Origin: Octopus sinensis | Taxonomy: Eukaryota | Reading direction: 5' to 3' | DNA length: 64,000 nucleotides | NCBI RefSeq assembly: GCF_006345805.1 | Contig: NW_021833018.1 | Location: 186,001-250,000, forward strand | Shown: piece after piece, positions 61,652 to 64,000 of the stretch | Numbering within the stretch: the stretch's first letter is position 1 | Layout: each line of letters starts with the position of its first letter | Notes under the pieces: generated by a model | The model's input: the letters and a program-made list of their open reading frames with translations, nothing else | What the model was told of the DNA's origin: nothing | Database searches by the model: none | Program-made: the position numbers and the translations under genes

Positions 61652-61769
61652 ATTACAATATTGACATTAAGTTTTTTTTTTTGAAGTTAAGCTTCAAGGT
61701 CACGTCAGGTATTACGCGGCCCATAGGTGTCACAGAAACCATGTCACATAATGACACCTTGATTTAAAG

Positions 61770-62825
61770 ATCGTCGAATTTCTTCCCAACTGGAAAGCTC
61801 CTGGCTGCGATGGAGTTTACAACTTCTTCATCAAAAAGTTGGACTCCCTACATAAGTTTCTATTTGATGAGATCAGAAATATCATTACTGGAAGCAGTCA
61901 ACCCCAGAGTTGGTTTTATATCGGAATAACTTATCTTATTCCGAAAAAAGATAATTCCACTGAAGGCAGTGATTTCAGACCAATTACCTGTATGCCGTGC
62001 CTTTATAAACTCGTCAAAAAGTGTGTAAATGAGAAAATTTCTGAGTATATGGAAATATACAGTCTAATCTCTGAGTTTCAACTTGGCACTAAGAGGCATT
62101 GTCAAGGTGCAAAGGAGCAAGCACTTATTAACTGTTGTGTGAACAGGTCACATGAGTACAAATTATTTTCTTCATGGGTAGACTAAAAAAAGCCTTTGAC
62201 TCAATCAATCACGAATTCCTTGCAGTGATTCTGAAAAACTCCGGGCTTCCTGAATGGATAACAAAGTTTGTAATGTCAATAATTCCAAATTGGAAGGTCT
62301 CCCTCAAGTTAGGAAAGCAGCATCTAGGAATTGTTAACATAGAACGTGGAATATTCCAAGGAGATTCCCTGTCTCCTCAGTTGTTTATTTTGACTTTGGA
62401 TCCGTTGAGCAGATTGTTGTCAGCTAAATACCCAAATTTATCAGTCAGTACCGATCAAGAAAATTCAGTCTTTTTTCTAAAAACAATTTTTTGTTTATTG
62501 ATGATTTGAAACTGCTCGCCAAAGATGAGGTCACACTCGGCTGTATGATGGAAGACGTGGATTTATTTTTTAAAGCATCGGGTTTGGAAAAGAATTGTGA
62601 GAAGTCGGCAACAAATAGTTGTTTATTGAGAAAAGATGCCAAACTGCTGGATGGACTGGATAGTTACCGTTATTTCGGTGTATTGGAAAATAAGTTTAGT
62701 CAGGTTGTTAAAGAAGTTTTAGAGAAAATTTACGGATTGAGGTTCAACAACGTATCGAAAAATTGTCTAAGACGAAACTAAATTCGGTAAATTTGTTTAA
62801 GGCAATTAATGAACATGCTTTATCT
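61770..62825 (+). mobile_element. R4/Dong-like reverse transcriptase fragment
   Basis: WKAPGCDG, TYLIPKK..DFRPITC, QLGT..GAKEQ, KKAFDSINH, GIFQGDSLSP, FIDDLKL. Confidence 0.86.
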
Positions 62826-62836
62826 TTGTTAATTAT

Positions 62837-63500
62837 TGTGACCGGTTCATAATGAGATACGGTTGAATACGAGCCGTTAAAAAGATCGATAATTAATATA
62901 CCGATCAAAAGGCCATTACATAAAGGCAAACGTTCCGAACTAATGATTGAACTTTAAATTTTGAAAAAATGATGTTTTATATTTGAACCATGTTTGCTTT
63001 AAAATAGTAAAATTATTTACAACATTGCAAATTATAATGTGAATTATTTTTATTTTTGATATTATAAATTGCAACATTAGCAAATTACAAGTTTGTAACA
63101 ACTTTAACTCTAATCTTACTTTAACTCTAACTATAATGATTTCAACGTTATTTATAAACATATTCATCATAAAAAAGACACTAAAGAAAACAGACCCTAA
63201 CCCTAATCCTGACCCTAATCCCTGACCCTGACGCTAACCCAGACGCTAACCCTAACCCTGACCCTGACGCTAACCCAGACGCTAACCCTAACCCTGACCC
63301 TACCCTGACCCTAACCCTGACCCTGACCCTGACCCTAACCCTGACCCTACCCTGACCCTGACCCTAACCTGACCCTAACCCTGACCCTAACCCTAATATG
63401 ATTTAACGGCATTCACGCCATTTAACGGCTCGTATAACGCCACTTTGACGGCTCGTTTAACGGCTCGTATTCAACCTGGGCTCGTATTCAACCGGTCACA
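62837..63500. mobile_element. Ginger-type MITE with telomere-like array
   Basis: TIRs TGTGACCGGTT..GAATACGAGCCGTTAAA / TTTAACGGCTCGTATTC..AACCGGTCACA. 5-bp TSD ATTAT at 62832-62836 and 63501-63505. Confidence 0.86.
63195..63396 (-). repeat. (CCCTAA/CCCTGA/CGCTAA)n telomere-like array inside the MITE
   Basis: About 33 hexamer units; a 36-bp higher-order unit occurs twice. Confidence 0.92.
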
Positions 63501-63505
63501 ATTAT

Positions 63506-63630
63506 TGTGGCGCGCCATAACTGAAACGGGCGCCAGACGTGTAACATTTTGACCCTGAGAAAACCGCATAATGACCTTGATTAGAAATTAACAAAACTTT
63601 GAAATAATGTGGCGCGCCATAACTGAAACA
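63506..63630. repeat. Duplicated terminus-like motif TGTGGCGCGCCATAACTGAAAC
   Basis: Exact 22-bp copies at 63506 and 63608; the first is followed by a GC-rich stretch ending GTAACA at 63546. Confidence 0.6.
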
Positions 63631-64000
63631 TCTAATGAACAACAACATCTAATGAACAACATATAATGTACTTAAATTTATTTAAAAAATAGTATTGGTT
63701 ATCCATTAAATTTGATAAATTATCTTTAAAAAAATAATATTTATTTTAATGAATTCATTCTAAAAATTTGTTATTGTTTCCCTTTTAATTAGAACATAAA
63801 ATGATAGAAATAATGAAAATTCTTAAAGAATTATAAAGGCCTAGTCTACTTTAATTTTAAAAATGTAGTTTAAAATCTTTAAGTTTGTTATCATTCTCTT
63901 ATTTGGACAATAGCTGAAGTTCCTTTAAATTTATTTTTAAGTTAATACAGAAGAGATTTTCTGATCAAATAAAGCCTTACCTACCTAACGGCCTTCGGCC

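Larger units (their letters stand above)
48815..61734 (+). mobile_element. Large Ginger-like element acting as outer host of a nested cluster
   Basis: Right end ...CCCATAGGTGTCACA at 61734; partial left match ACCTATGGG near 48817. The integrase reading continues across the hAT insertion (KLVICL|DNEPEMEIVAK). Left boundary tentative. Confidence 0.62.

Noticed and set aside
13470-61670. TTGACA(TTAA) downstream of CRE 3' ends as a target motif
   Set aside because: Present after about four copies but absent or inverted at others; too short for AT-rich DNA.
63195-63396. True chromosome end or fusion scar
   Set aside because: Arrays here and at 19839 are short, degenerate and enclosed by TIRs and TSDs, with ordinary sequence on both sides.

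Overview
AT-rich animal genomic DNA. The host genes have very short GT-AG introns (mostly 23-30 nt), which points to a compact-intron metazoan parasite such as a dicyemid or myxozoan; the taxon is inferred, not shown. Host genes reconstructed by manual splicing: EFR3, BCAP31, a HINT2-like gene (plus a near-identical duplicate), probable OST4, CHTF18, DRG1, a minimal AHR, AAR2, a CAP/SCP protein and two orphans. More than half the window is mobile DNA: many divergent CRE-type and R4-like RLE non-LTR fragments, CR1/L2/Jockey-group LINE fragments, Tc1, pogo, two kinds of hAT, Merlin, three non-autonomous Helitrons carrying a ~94-bp VNTR, and Ginger-like (TGT...ACA, 5-bp TSD) integrase transposons. 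Most notable: (i) two different Ginger-type MITEs each carry a telomere-like G-rich array and each sits exactly one TSD away from another TG/CA-type terminus; (ii) Ginger integrase genes carry host-style mini-introns; (iii) a ~13-kb multi-level nest includes a Helitron inserted inverted into its own family member; (iv) a 2.9-kb duplication carrying HINT2 is fused to a Helitron 5' half. Many single-base indels look like long-read error, so frameshift-based pseudogene calls are tentative. No database searches were run; family calls rest on recalled motifs.
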